Positions 28,613-43,242 of a DNA stretch of 64,000 bases are shown here, one piece after another. How positions within the stretch are numbered: position 1 is the first letter of the stretch; each line of letters starts with the position of its first letter. Position numbers and translations under genes: made by a program. Source of the DNA: Octopus vulgaris. Lineage: Eukaryota. The stretch lies in assembly GCA_951406725.2 (NCBI GenBank), contig OX597815.1:3596001-3660000 (forward strand), read 5' to 3'. The notes beneath the pieces were generated by a model. It was given only the letters and a program-made list of their open reading frames with translations. It was not told the origin of the DNA and did no database searches.

Positions 28613-29247
28613 GTCACAATGAGGATATTTTTATCCTAGATACACTGGTTTAATATATTGTATTTTGAAGAAATATTTCTTCAATGAATATATTTTATGA
28701 AATATCGTAAAATATCAAACATTTTATCGAGTTAGACGACAGAGAGATTTAACGGATAAAAATATAGAAAATATATATAGCTATATAATTTTGCATTTTA
28801 AAATACCTTGGGTGGAAACGTATCAGGGTGTATTATATATATATAATACAAATAATTAGAAAATGGAGAAAACATCAGATCAACCAACACATCGATTGGA
28901 CCACATTTATAGCTTATTTTTAAATACAAAGCCTGACATAACAAAATAGATGACGTAACATATCTCATTCTTTGTATTAAAAAATAAGCTACAAATGTGG
29001 TCCAATCGATGTGTTTGCTAATTTGTGGTTTTCTCCGTTTTCTAATTATTTATATTGGTTCCTGATAAACTATTGCTTATCCTTTTGTTACCTGTACTCT
29101 ACGTGCTTGGTGTGCCTGCACAACAATACCCGGGGATAACACGGGTAACGGATACCGATAGTACATACGGATATTTTATCCCTTAGTCGGTTACTATAAC
29201 CGCTAACTCTGTTTGCGTATATATATATATATATATATATATACTCA

Positions 29248-30398
29248 CTGGTGTGCCAGGTAATTCCCAGGGGTAAAGATGTTCGATTGAAATGCCTTAT
29301 TAATCCGATATAAATAAGCAGTTTCGTTATAACTGCCACAAAAGGTGTATTTTTCCGTCACGAAAAAGTACAAAAAAAACTTTCAGCTAGAGGAATGAGA
29401 GAGATTGTTAGAGGTTGGCGAGAGAGGTTTTCGGAGGCTGGCGAGAGGCAAGGACATTATTCTGCTTAGCGGAGGCGTCTGGGAAATGTATAACTGCTGT
29501 CATTCACAGAAAAAAACTATTGTTTTACAGTGAGGAAAGTGCTGCTGTAGTGTAAAGTGAAATTTGGCATTCGAGGATCAAATCCACGCAATGCCTGCAT
29601 GAAGCCACTACAAATACAATGTGGAATAAAAACAATTTATCTACTGTCATGGAGAAAGAGTAACTGTAAAAATGCAGAATTATCGGAGTAATGAGCATTC
29701 AAAAAAGAATGTATGTATGGTAATGTATGAATGAAGTCTTTAAGGTTTAAGATTCAAATCAAGGAAGTGCAATAATAATGTTTAGCAGTTCAAAACTGTG
29801 AGTAGTGAAATGCAGAATTATATCGGCTGATCCTGAGAATAAAATATTGATCGCTTCGCTAAAATATGCAGGTGGTATGGGTTATTTCCCTGGGGTTGTT
29901 TAAATAAAATATTAGTAATATGTAGTAGATAGAAGGATCCATTGGAAGGTCCCTATTATCAATTTTTTTCAATAATCTAAGTATGTCACGAGGTTTCCAG
30001 ACATGAGTTCTACTCACGTGTCAGATAAAGTATAAAAGTGATATTGTCTGCATAAATTATAAATAGGACACACAAAAAATCAATATTCAAAGTAATCAAA
30101 CATAAACAATGAAATGGGTTCTTTCCCTTGAGGGTTTAAAAAAAATATTGTACAAGTGCTATGGTTTATTTCCCTTGGGTGTTTAAAAAGAAATTAGTTA
30201 TATGATGTAGATATAAAGGTGCCTTCCAGGGGCTATATTATCGATTTTTTCAACAATCTAAGTATGTCACGGGATTTCCAGACATGAGTTCTACTCACGC
30301 GTCAAATTTCAACTAAATCAATAAAACGATGTGGGAGGAGTTAGCTAACAACGCCACAAACAACCACACACTGATTTTCCACATATGTAGTATAAATA
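29248..30398 (-). mobile_element. Older non-autonomous Helitron-like element
   Basis: The 5' region resembles the 23680 element (TGTGGGAGGAGTTAG vs TGTGGGAGTAGTTAG); degenerate 3' hairpin then CCAG|T; internal direct repeat about 29872-30024 / 30157-30304. Confidence 0.5.
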
Positions 30399-30439
30399 TA
30401 TATGTGTATATATATATATATATAAATATATATATATAT

Positions 30440-30714
30440 AGATAATAACAAATAAATAAATAAAACACATGCATAGATACATACATACAGATATATACAT
30501 ACCTACATCTATATGTATATATACATGCATATATGGGTACAGGACACCAAAAAACGTAGAAGACAACGAGAAACGAAAACATAAAAACAAAAATATGGAA
30601 ACGGATTTTTCAAGCAACGAAAAAACAGAGTACAAGACATACAACACAAGGAACATTCCCCTTCTTCAGTTGCCCCTGCTTTGACTACTCTGTGTTTCGA
30701 AGGTAAGGGCAAAC
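30440..30714 (-). mobile_element. Truncated copy of the 12205-13060 family
   Basis: Shares ATATGGGTACAGGAC...AAAAAACAGAGTACAAGA...CCCCTTCTTC...GAAGGTAAGG; flanked by (TA)n. Confidence 0.65.
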
Positions 30715-30726
30715 TGTCCTTATATA

Positions 30727-30790
<64 letters not shown>

Positions 30791-30796
<6 letters not shown>

Positions 30797-31008
30797 AAAG
30801 CAGCAGAAATATAACAAAAGCTGTTACTCAGTTTCACGTTCCCGTTCGTCGGACAGTTTTAACAAAGCCGTCCGACGAACGGGAACGTGAAACTCTGAGT
30901 AACACCCTTTATTATATTTCTGCTGCTTTTAAATAAAGCATATTACTCTACCTCTGGTATTTGAGTACTATTTTTTCCCGCCTTGTTTCACATTTATGTG
31001 CTTACTCC

Positions 31009-31010
<2 letters not shown>
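30791..31010 (+). mobile_element. Second copy of the 901-1127 family, a fold-back with hammerhead motifs
   Basis: Homologous to the reverse complement of 901-1127; motif CCGACGA-ACG(GGAA)CGU-GAAAC...GUA on both strands (about 30820-30856 minus, about 30868-30904 plus); TA-flanked. Confidence 0.72.
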
Positions 31011-31058
<48 letters not shown>

Positions 31059-31453
31059 CAAAATAGCTAGTCGTAAAATCTCAAGATTTCAGTGTAATAA
31101 ATATACTAAGAAGAAAAATCATTCGCCACGTGAAAGTGGCTGCCCCATGTCACTACTAGCTTAACCCCAGGCAGATTATCCGCTCGTTATCGGTGCGATG
31201 CATATAGAGGGTGCAGTGTCGCATCGATAACCAGCTGCCGGACAATCTGTCTGGAATGAAACTAGTAGTGACATACAACAGCCACTTTCACTATACATAT
31301 TACGGAAATGTACTTGCATAGCAAGTGGCCTGATTTTAAGATCGTGTGCTGAAACAAAAACAGTTGCAGCGTGGAAGGTGTTTACAAGCCATTTAAAAAC
31401 ACTTTCAACGCTGTAATTCTGTACACACATGCACACAAACACACGCGCACACA

Positions 31454-31517
<64 letters not shown>

Positions 31518-31559
31518 ATATAGGCGCATATATTTACATATATATATGCGTAAAAATAT

Positions 31560-32238
31560 ACATGCATATACATATACATACATACATACATACATACATA
31601 CACACACATACATACATACATACATACATACATACATACATACAAACATACATACATACATACATACATACAAACATACATACAAACATACATACATACA
31701 TACATACAAACATATATACATACATACATACATACATACAAACATACATACATACATACATACATACAAACATACAAACAAGCATACATACATACATACA
31801 TACACACATACATACATACATACATACAAACATACATACATACATACATACATACAAACATACATACAAGCATACATACATACATACATACATACATACA
31901 TACATACATACATACATACATACATACATACACACATACATACATACATACATACATACAAACATACATACATACATACATACATACATACATAATACAT
32001 ACATACATACATACACACATACACACATGCATACATACATACATACAAACATACATACATACATACATACATACATACATACATACATACAAACATACAT
32101 ACATACATACATACATACATACACACATACATACATACATACATACATACACACATACATACATACATGCATACATACATACATTAATGCATACATACAC
32201 ACATACATACATACATAATACATACATTCATACATACA
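31560..32238. repeat. (CATA)n microsatellite of about 680 bp
   Basis: Seen directly. Confidence 0.97.
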
Positions 32239-33327
32239 TTTATAGGTTAAACATCTAAAACATTCTACTTGTTATCGCAGTTAAATAATTATTATTAATT
32301 ATAATTAATCGCTGACTTTATGAACCGTGTTCTTTTCTAATAGCCCGGGCCGCGTGGCGTGTGGATATACCGAAGATACGATCAAACAAGCAATCAAACA
32401 AAACAAAAAAACACTGTAGGAAACAAGTGCCACTTGTTTTGTGGTGGTTGAAGATGTTTGAGAGAAAAGATGATAGATGATGCGAGTGGGTTTAAAAATA
32501 GGTAACTCTAAGCCAAAGAGTGGTTTCATTGGCGTCACAGGTGAAAACATGATACAATTGTTGAATGTTAGAAGACCAATGCATCGCTTTTACACCAGCA
32601 ATGCGACAGGTAACTCCAATTTATGACAGATTTATTACAAGTGGAATTATATAGTAAGTCATAATAGACACCAATGGCGGTACACCATGTCGGGTGTGAT
32701 TAAGGCGTGACAGAAGACAGAGAGCGGCGGAAGGAGTAGAGGTAATGGAGAAGGTTACATGTTAGCATTCTATCATTATTATTCCATTCTGCAGATATTA
32801 TGTAGCTAACTATATATATGTATTTCAAGAGAGAGAAAAAACAGTTAATTTACAGCAAACGTTTCTTACATTACATTATAGTTATTTATTTCTATAACAT
32901 CAGAACCGCCATTTTAAATGAGGCTGTTATATTTTATGGAGGCAGAAAAGAGAACATAAAAAAACCTGATAGCAACAACTTAAATCAATCTCGTTTCGGG
33001 TTTTTTTTTTCCCCGACAATCTACGTTTTTGATTGATTGCAGTTAATTTAATGATATTTAGAATTTTATGTAACATTAATTTAAATCGCATTAATGCTTT
33101 CCCAGCAAATTTATACAAAATAATCTTTGCAATGTGTTCGTTTCAAAGTTCGTTTTCGTTATTCAGCAATTATGCCATGAATTCTACGTTCGATATACGT
33201 ACACGCATACACATACACATACACATGCACAAACGCCCACACGCACACATACACACATACGCATAACTATGCTTGAATTTAAGTATGTGTAAATATACAT
33301 ACACATATGTGTGTGTGCGTATATCTC

Positions 33328-33690
33328 GTCGCAGCCCTCGGGCTGAAACTAGGGATGCTCCTTCGGTCACGAATGACCATGGGATTGCACCTAGAAAGTT
33401 ACCCTCCGAGGCAAGTTCAAGCAAGGTTGTTTATTGAAGACCAGCAGTCGCCCATGCAAACCAGCCTCTCTTCTCCATGCCACTGATGTTAACTAAGGGA
33501 AAGGCAAAGGGGCCGATACAGCTTGGCACCAGTGATGTCGCAACTCATTTCTACAGCAGAGTGCACTGGAGCAACGTGAAAATAAAGTGTCTTGCTCAAG
33601 AACGTAACATGCAACCCGGTCCGGGAATCGAACTCACAACCTCACGATCGTAAGCTCGACGCTCTAACAACTGAGCCATGCGCTTTCACA
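33328..33690 (-). mobile_element. SINE family C (tRNA-like head, GTTCTTGAGCAAG core)
   Basis: A/B-box-like head; related copies at about 11530-11760 (+), 18590-18800 (-), 37865-38060 (+). Confidence 0.75.
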
Positions 33691-34773
33691 GCTGAAACTA
33701 GGAAAACAATATATACACGTGTGTGCGTGTGCTGGTTGAATTCGTCATCAAGGTTTTATCTCACCTGTCTAAAATTTTACCTGAAGATGGTGAAATTATA
33801 CCGAGGTAATCTGTGAATACATTGATAAAATACTATTGCATGTATGAGGAGCTTCAGTACAGTTTCCTTCCACCAAGTACCAATCAAGAAGCATTAGATA
33901 ACCAGAGTTAGGAAACCTGTGTTGGGAAAACCTGTGTTGGGACAACCTGAGTTAGGACAACCTGTGTTAGGAAACATTTGCCCGTCAAGCCGGGCTGTGG
34001 GATGGAATCGAACGTAATCGAACGATTATTAAGTTAACCTCTTAACAACACAGCCATGCCTTCATCTGTACCCTATTCTTTACGAGGTCATGTGTACGTA
34101 AGACACCCTAATATTTAGGTCAGACTGTTACAATTTCTGTACAGACGTCACTTTCTCAGCTATTGGTGGCGGGGTGGGGGACTTATCAAAGAGCCACATG
34201 TACTACAGTATAGCGGCGTAGACGTTACTTAAATCTCTCGACTGATATTAGTAACATTTAGAGATCCGTTTCTTCCATCTTATCGGGTTCTCTTGTCATT
34301 CATGATTACCTGTCATAAATACGACCGAGTCCTATCAATAGTCTATTGTGAAACAACCTGAGTGTGAGCCGTGGCAGGCGCTTTTGTTTCATATCTTGAA
34401 ATCAGCGGCGATTGACAAGGCCTTTGATCAACAGCATTCCAACCGTGACCACCTCGTGGACTATAATAGTTTAGCTGACACTTGAATTGTTTGAGTCAGT
34501 CCGCTGTGATTTGAAGGAGACTCTCCTGTTGTCTCGTCAACGAGGGCTACAAAGTACGAAGGGAAGCTTACGTTGCTAATAGCAACACTGTAACCTTGGT
34601 AACGTTTTGTTGTCATGACCACAGGAGTGGGGGGGGCTGCAGTAAAAATGATTAGAGTTTATCTTCCATCGATGGATATTTCAGACAGTGAAAGTAAAAT
34701 GATTAATTAAATGAAAAAAAAAACAAATTTATTCAATGGAAAGACTGCTTCAATAAGGACGACTTCTTTACAC

Positions 34774-34872
<99 letters not shown>

Positions 34873-35218
34873 TGTGTGTATGTGTGTGTGTGTATGTGTG
34901 TGCGTGTGTGTACATACATATATATACATATATATGCATAAGTACAAATATACATTTATCTATATAAATATATATATATATATATATAATATGTATATAT
35001 GCATACATATATATATGTGTGAATAACTTGACTTATAATACGGTTGTATATTCAAGAGATGAGGAATTATGTTCATTATTTACGTTGTTTACATTTGACG
35101 GATATTTGTCATCATCTTGTTTGTTGTTAACACAACGTTTTCCCTAATATGCCCCAATTATGGAGTGAATTTTAGGGCTTATAAATCTAATATTTTCCTA
35201 TTCTTCCTTAATACCAGT

Positions 35219-35761
35219 TTGACCAAAGCCTTGTGAGTGGATTTGGTAGGCAGAAACTGAAAGAAGCCCGTCGTATGTGTGTGTGTGTATGTGTGTATGT
35301 TTGTGTGTGTGTGTGTGCTTGTGTGTGTGTGTGTGTGTTTGTCCTCCCACCCACCATCGCTTAACAACCGATGTTGGTGTGTTTACGTTCCCGTAACTTG
35401 GTTCGGCCTAAGAGTCTAACAGAAGTATTAGGCTTACAAAGAATAAGTCCTGGGGTGATTTGTTCGACTAAATGTGGTACTCCAGCAGGGCCACAATCAA
35501 ATGACTGAAACCAGTAAAAGAATAAAAGGATAAAAGAATATATACTCTCTTTTACTCTCTTTTACTTGTTTCAGTCATTTGACTGCGGCCATGCTGGAGC
35601 ACCGCCTTTAGTCGAGCAAATCGACCCCGGAACTTATTCTTTATAAGCCCAGTACTTATTCTATCAGTCTCTTTTGCCGAACCGCTAAGTTACGGGGACG
35701 TAAACACACCAGCATCGGTTGTCAAGCAATGCTAGGGGGACAAATACAGACACACAAACAT

Positions 35762-35792
<31 letters not shown>

Positions 35793-35915
35793 CATATATA
35801 CGACAGGCTTCTTTCAGTTTCCATCTACCAAATCCACTCACAAGGCATTGGTCGACTGAACCCGGAACCATGTGGTTGGTAAACAAGCTACTTACCACAC
35901 AGCCACTCCTGCGCC
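35219..35915. mobile_element. Tail-to-tail pair of SINE family A copies
   Basis: Plus copy 35219-35540, minus copy 35543-35915. Confidence 0.88.
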
Positions 35916-36092
35916 TATATATATACAAAATGTAATTTAGAAAGATGATTCCATCAGAATCCTTTCCATTTGTAGAAATGAATATATTGGTCACAAAATG
36001 ACATCAGATTTAGCAGACGGAATGGTACTTTGTCTTCAGGAGAATAAGAATCTCAGAACTTTTGTTTCGTGGGAAGCCCTTCAGCACATAAC

Positions 36093-36472
36093 AAGGTGGC
36101 GAGCTGGCAGAATCGTTAGCACACCGGGCGAAATGCTTGGCGGTATTTCGTCTGCCGTTACGTTGTGAGTTCAAATTCCGCCGAGGTCGATAAATTAAGT
36201 ACCAGTTACGCACTGGGGTCGATGTAATCGACTTAATACCTATGTCTGTCCTTGTTTGTCCCCTCTATGTTTAGCCCCTTGTGGATAATAAAGAAATAGG
36301 TATTTCGTCTGCCGTTACGTTCTGAGTTCAAATTAGGCCGAGGTCGACTTTGCCTTTCATCCTTTCGGGGTCAATTAAATAAGTACCAGTTACGCACTTG
36401 GGTCGATATAATCGACTTAATCCATTTGTCTGTCCCCTCTATGTTTAGCCCCTTGTGGGCAATAAAGAAATA
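36093..36472 (+). mobile_element. SINE family B with partial tandem duplication
   Basis: Body restarts at about 36299 (GGTATTTCGTCTGCCGTTACG). Confidence 0.88.
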
Positions 36473-36494
36473 ACATTGTTTTAAACTACATCTG

Positions 36495-36680
36495 CTGTTT
36501 GACCTCCAAGTCAGGCCCCATCGGGCAGATCTTCGATCAAAAGACGTTTCAGAATTGACCATCCCTACTTTGTCCAATATCTCATTTACTTAAGACACGG
36601 TGGATGTGATCTGAAGGCACTGAGGGTGAATTGTTTGCTATTTCTATTATTCCGTGTGACCGGGTGGAGGCGTCCTCTTT
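36495..36680 (+). repeat. Old dispersed repeat
   Basis: Blocks GATCAAA..CGTTCCAG..GTGACC and GCTATTTCTA recur at about 18450-18890, 34410-34545, 38580-38750 and inverted at 6270-6500. Confidence 0.5.
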
Positions 36681-37351
36681 GGTGTTTTACCATAAAGCCG
36701 GGTCACACTTACTGCCCTCCCTGAAACACTTTACTAAGCTGTGTGGAGGCAATAAACTAGAATATTGTCTAAAAGAAATGAAAACAAACCAACATTCTTA
36801 TTGCTAAACAAACAGAGAAAACAAAAGAAAAAAACATAAAAATCAACAAAACGTAAAAATGTTTGAACAGCAAGTATTTATACACCACAACAAGCAAATA
36901 TTAATGCACTAATATTTTGGTGGGGGTGTGTGTATAAACAGTAACAGCCTAGTCTAAGCATGTGTGTATGTAAGAGCAGCGACTCCTGAAAGCTCGAGTT
37001 TATTTAACTAGTATAATCAACAAACGATGAAAACTAGTAGAGCAACGTGGTCTGCGTAGAATGTTTGACCTTGCTAAAAGTAGCAGCAGAATTTCACACG
37101 GCAAGCTCTTCGGTTTTCTTTTTAAAACAGCGAATAAATATTTCAGGCCCTAAATTTTTTTTTCCGGGGGACAAACACTAGAATTTAAAAACGTATGACA
37201 GGGTTCACCCTCGACTGCCCGTTGATTTAGCAACGAGAGATTTTACTGAAACCCTCGATATGTGATGACTTCTTTTCCAGGGAGTTACAACGGTCGGTTT
37301 TATGAAAGTACATCAATAAAACCCAAGGGAAACTCTTCCTCAACCCATAAT

Positions 37352-37714
37352 TTATTCTTTTACTTGTTTTAGTCATTTAAATGCAGCCATGCTGGAGCAC
37401 CGCCTTTGACCAAACAAATCGACCGCAGGTCTTATTCTTTGTAAGCCTAGTACTTATTCTATCGGTGTCTTTTGCCGAACCGCTAGTTACGGGGACGTGG
37501 ACACACCAACATCGGTTGTCAAGTGATGTTGGGGGACAAAGACACACACACATATACGACGGGCTTCTTTCAGTTTCCGTCTACCAAATCCATTCACAAG
37601 GCTTTGGTCGGCCCGAGGCTATAGCAGAAGACACTTGCCCAAGGTATCACGCAGTGGGACTGAACCCGGAGCCATGTGGTTGGTAAGCAAACTACTTACC
37701 ACACAGCCACTCTT
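37352..37714 (-). mobile_element. SINE family A
   Basis: Full consensus with a very short internal microsatellite. Confidence 0.88.
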
Positions 37715-38073
37715 GCTGCCAAATTCAGCTTCAGTTTACATCGTCTTACAAAGGAAAGATCAGATTGTGTGGTGCTGTCCGTGGGTCACCTCATGACTGA
37801 AAGGAAACGGCAATGGAGAAAGGATAGCGGCCATGACAGTTTTTAGCGAGTCCTGAGGAAAGTGAATGTAGGTCGTCAAGTGGTTAGGGTGGTTTCGGAT
37901 CCTGAGCCGGGTGGCGCTTTGTGTTCTTGAGCAAAACACGTCATTTCATGTTGCTTGAAATCCACTCAGCTGTAAATGAGTTAAACCTGCGATGGACTGG
38001 CGTCTCGTCCAGGGGAGACGTTGTGATATCGACTACTTATATACCATTGAAACCGGCCGTATGAGACAGGGGT

Positions 38074-38104
<31 letters not shown>

Positions 38105-39252
38105 AATGATGATGGTGATGATGATGATATCGATGATGATGATTATCATCATCATCATCGTTATAATCTTCGTCATCATCATCATCATCATTATCATCAT
38201 CATGGGGATCACAATGATCATGATGACGAGGAGGAGGAGGAGCAGGAGGAAGTAGCAGGCTTTAAAAAATGTAATGGTTTTGGTTTAAATGACCAAAAAT
38301 TCTTAAAGGCGCTGCTCCAACATGGTCGCAGTCTAATGACTGAAACAAGTAAGAGGTAAAAGATAACAAAAAGTGCGCTAAAAGCGAGGAAGAGGATGAA
38401 ATTAAATGGAGATGAATTAGGAAATTAATGAGTTGGAAACGTATTAAACAATATATTGTTGGAAATCAGGCGAATGACGTTGAGCGGATGAAATTCTGAC
38501 CGGATCAGTTGATAGCAGTATGGGGTCCTTTGATAGCGTAGAGGTATGCGATTGTTGTTGCCAGCATTGACTTAACAAAGCTAAAATCAAAGACGTTCCT
38601 ACCAGTACCATCGCATCAATGTTCCGCAAATTGTGAAAGTAGCATATTATTAAGTATTGTGTTATATTTTAAAGACAGAAGAGAGTAATTTGAGGGAAAT
38701 CTTTGAGTGTTATTTTTAGCCGGACAAATTCCACGTAGAGGGTCTCTTATGTTCTCATAATGAGACGCTGTAGGTTATGAAGGCTGTGTTAGTAAATACA
38801 AGGGGTGTCAATGGTATTCTGAGGGAGGTGGCTGGTTGTCATAGCAATGGGAAGTGTAAAGGTAGTCTGGGGTAGATATTTGACTGTTAGTGCCGCGAGG
38901 GACGTTGAGTTGTGAAAGCTGAGTTCTTCGATACAGAAAGTGTAAAAATGTGTATTCTGCTGTCTTATGTTATTTTTTATATTTTTCTTTTATTCCTTCG
39001 CTTTTAGCCATACCAAACATACCGATAAGTATCGATCCACTGTCATGTAGAAGTTTCGGTAGTGGCGGTGATGGTGGTGTTTATGGTGGTGGCGGTGGTG
39101 GTGGTGGTGGTGGTGGTGGTGGTGGTGGTTGTTACCGTGACAGCGGTGGGAATGGCGGTGGTGTTTGGTTGTAGTGGCGTTGAGATTGCTGTGATACTAG
39201 TGATGGTCGATGTGATGGTGATGGTGGTGGTGGTGGCGGTGGTGGTGGTGGT

Positions 39253-40360
39253 GGCCTGGTAGCTTCTTGTAGGTAGGCATTGATCCTTGGTTGCTATGAT
39301 AAACCCTTTTGTCTCGGATTTTAAGCCAGAAGACTCTAACCATTGATGGGTAACGACTTTGTCAACATCAACATTATTAGCTCTCTTTGGGTATTTTCCA
39401 TTGAGAGGTTTTTCTTGCCATTTATCAGTCAGAATATTCAAGGCGGCAGTTTTAGCACCGGTTTTCATAAATTTGCCTTTTTCTGTGCTTGTTTTCAGTA
39501 CATTTTGTTACTGAGTAGTATGCGGTTTTCTTGTTTTCGTAATTCAAGCTAAGTTTTAGCATCCAGTCATCCGAATTTTTCCGATAAGGCCACTTATGGC
39601 AATCTTCATTGTCAATTCCAGCAGCAAGAGTCCACGGCCACCCTCTTTACTTCGCAGGTAAAGTCACCTGAGAGTAGTGTATTCTATTCATTGTCAACAG
39701 TTTTCGAATTTGATCAAGCTTACATATTTCAGTAATTGACCAATTAATAATATTAAAACTGTAAGTCACAACCGGTGTGGCTAAAGTATTAATTGCTTCG
39801 ATTTTATTTCTTGCATTCAGCTCTGTCTTGAGTATTGCCCTTACCCTGCGATAACGTTCTTTTCTGATCTTTTCCCTCAACATTGAAAGACTGATGCCAT
39901 CACCTTCACATACCCCTAAGTATTTGTAACCTTCCTCTGGTTATAACTCCTTTATAACATTCTGTTGGTCAAGTTTAACGTTGGATGTTTCCGTCAGATT
40001 CACTCTGATAGAGGTAGCTTTTGTGCATTTATCTAAACCAAATTCCATTCTCATGTTACCTATTCAACTGTTTTACAATTGCTAGAAGACCCTGTAGCTG
40101 CTGGTAATTTTTTGCGAAAACCTTTAAATCATCCATGTAAAAGAGATGATTTATAGTTTTGTTAAACATTTTACAGCCACATTGTGCTTCATCGAGCAAT
40201 TTGGAAAGAGGTATTGAGGCTAGACAAAAGAGGAGTAATGGATACAGAGTCACCCAGGAAAATGGCACATGAAATTCTTACATTCCCAGAATTCAACGAT
40301 TCATTCTCACTATTCAAAGCTACTGTAGTTTTCCGTGAATACTTACACATAAGAAGATTC
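39253..40360 (-). mobile_element. R4/Dong-like non-LTR reverse transcriptase fragment (pseudogene)
   Basis: INHLFYMDDLK, YKYLG, LNARNKIEAINT, LKSETKGFIIATKDQCLPTRSY across broken frames; 5' end abuts the TAA/TTA array. Confidence 0.88.
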
Positions 40361-40371
40361 GCAGAATTATG

Positions 40372-40445
<74 letters not shown>

Positions 40446-40459
40446 TATTATTATTATTA

Positions 40460-40533
<74 letters not shown>

Positions 40534-41328
40534 TTTATTTTTATTTCCTGTTTATCCGTTTCGACTAAATTCCTTTCCTTATCTTTAAAGTGCAACCTCT
40601 TCCCAAGACGTTAATGTTTGTAATTTGTCTCTATTTGATGGTTGTCTTATGTTCCACACTTACCAATTTCTTGCTAAATAAGAACATCATTCCATTCCTT
40701 TAGTAACTGTTTTGTTTCCTTTCCATATTCTTTATTCTCATCATCATCATCATCATCATCATTATTATTATTATTATTGTTATTGTTATTCTTCTTATTA
40801 TTATTATTATTATTATTACTATTATTATTATTATTATGCTGGTGTTTGTCGTACTAAATAATTTTGTACATTATCTATATTTGATGTTTTCCTCTTTTAA
40901 TTGTATAATTTTAAAATATTCCTCTCTCTCTCTCTTTCTTTCTATCAATCTCTATCTCTCTCTCTATTTCTCTCAGTCTCTCCCCCTTCTCTCGCTCTTT
41001 ATTTCTCTCTCTCACTCACTCTCGCTCTCTTTCACCCATTAGATTTATTCATGCATGAACGCATCTCATTATTGGCAGTAATACACTGGAAACACTGAAA
41101 TTTACTTACACAAACACACATATACACACATATATAAATAAATAAATACATATATACATATACATACATATATATATATTTATATATATATAGTTATATA
41201 TATGTGTGTGTGTACGTATATATATATGTACATATAAATATATATATAAACTTACAGATATATATAAAAGTATATATATATATATATATATGTCTCTCCA
41301 TATACATATATATATTTACATATATACA

Positions 41329-41371
<43 letters not shown>

Positions 41372-41509
41372 GTATATATTATATATGTATATGTAAATAT
41401 ATATGACTATATATATATATATTTACATATACATATATACTATATATATGTGTGTATATGTATATACATGTACATATATATACACTTACATATTTATAGA
41501 TATATATTA

Positions 41510-41547
<38 letters not shown>

Positions 41548-41808
41548 TATGTATATATGTATGTATATATATGTATATATATATATCTATATATATCTAT
41601 CTCTCTCTCTATATATATGTGTGTCTGAGTGTATATATGTATATATACACACGCACCTATGTGTGCGAAACGTGTAGCTTCATATTATATGGATATTTTA
41701 AAACATAAATATATGTTAATTCATATCGCATTTTTGTGGTGAAAAACATGAAAGCATCTTTATAAATAGGCTGACGTTTACATTGTATATAAAATAATGT
41801 GTGTGTGT

Positions 41809-41882
<74 letters not shown>

Positions 41883-42184
41883 TCTATGTGTATGGAGACA
41901 CAGAAACTGAGTGGAAACTGTTTATTATATCAACGGATAATGTTATCAGCGGATTATTGTGACCCAGTTATTGTTATCGAAAAGTTATCACTGTACATCC
42001 AATGTATAACATGTATGCACGCGCTCGCGCATACAAACATGTACACATCTATGTAGGGTGATGATGATGATGCTGATGTTGCTGGTTTCATACACACACA
42101 CACACACACAGCAACAGTTTTTCAAGTCACCCTTAAACACGACAGGGTTGTGTCGTGTCGATGGATTTGATTTTAAAAGATAAC

Positions 42185-42411
42185 TTTACTCTTTTACTCT
42201 TTTACTTGTTTCAGTCATTTGCCTGCGGCCATGCTGGAGCACCGCCTTTAGTCGAGCAACTCGACCTCGGTACTTATTCTTTTTGTAAGCCCAGTACTTA
42301 TTCTATCGGTCACTTTTTGCCGAATCGCTAAGTGACGGGGACGTAAACACACCAGCATCGGTTGTCAAGCAATGCTAGGGGAACAAACAGACAGACAAAC
42401 ACACACAACAT

Positions 42412-42500
<89 letters not shown>

Positions 42501-42663
42501 GACAGGCTTCTTTCAGTTTCCGTCTACCAAATCCACTCACAAGGCATTGGTCGGCCCGGGGCTATAGTAGAAGACACTTGCCCAAGGTGCTACGCAGTGG
42601 GACTGAACCCGGAACCATGTGGTTGGTTAGCAAGCTACGTACCACACAGCCACTCCTGCGCCT
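42185..42663 (-). mobile_element. SINE family A, full length
   Basis: Full consensus with internal (CA)n(TA)n. Confidence 0.9.
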
Positions 42664-43192
42664 ATTTGAACAGATTCAAAATATATGAGCAACTTTCGTT
42701 GCTCTCTTCCACCAATATCAAGCACCACATAGAAAAAGCAGTCGCTATTGTTGTTACTGTTGTTGTTTACGTCCTTTAACACTCATCCATGATGGTGTAG
42801 ATGAGAGCTGAACCTGAGGACTACGTAGTCGCAAAGCGGACTTCTTAACCGCACAATCAGAGTTCGAATTACGTGCCGAAAGGAAATGAAAGAAAAAAAT
42901 GTTGATTTTAGTTGGATTTGAACTTAGAATGTATAGAGCCGGGGAAAATTCTGCAAAGCGTTTCTTTTTCTGAGACTTTAATGATTCTGCCAACACACAA
43001 GCTTCGTAATCAATATAATCATTTGTAATTGGTATGGTTATATTTTGGGAGACGTATGCCCCAGAGTCAACCAATCATCCGGTTGAATTCTACGGTGTTA
43101 CAAAATTTCACTGAACCTAAACAAACGTGGATTCTTTTTGCACTTCTTCAAGGGTTTATATTTCCAAACAAACTATGGAGAGTACACACACA

Positions 43193-43242
<50 letters not shown>

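Noticed and set aside
33905-33977. 15-bp tandem repeat (about 5 copies)
   Set aside because: A local slippage expansion inside a decayed SINE; no sign of function.
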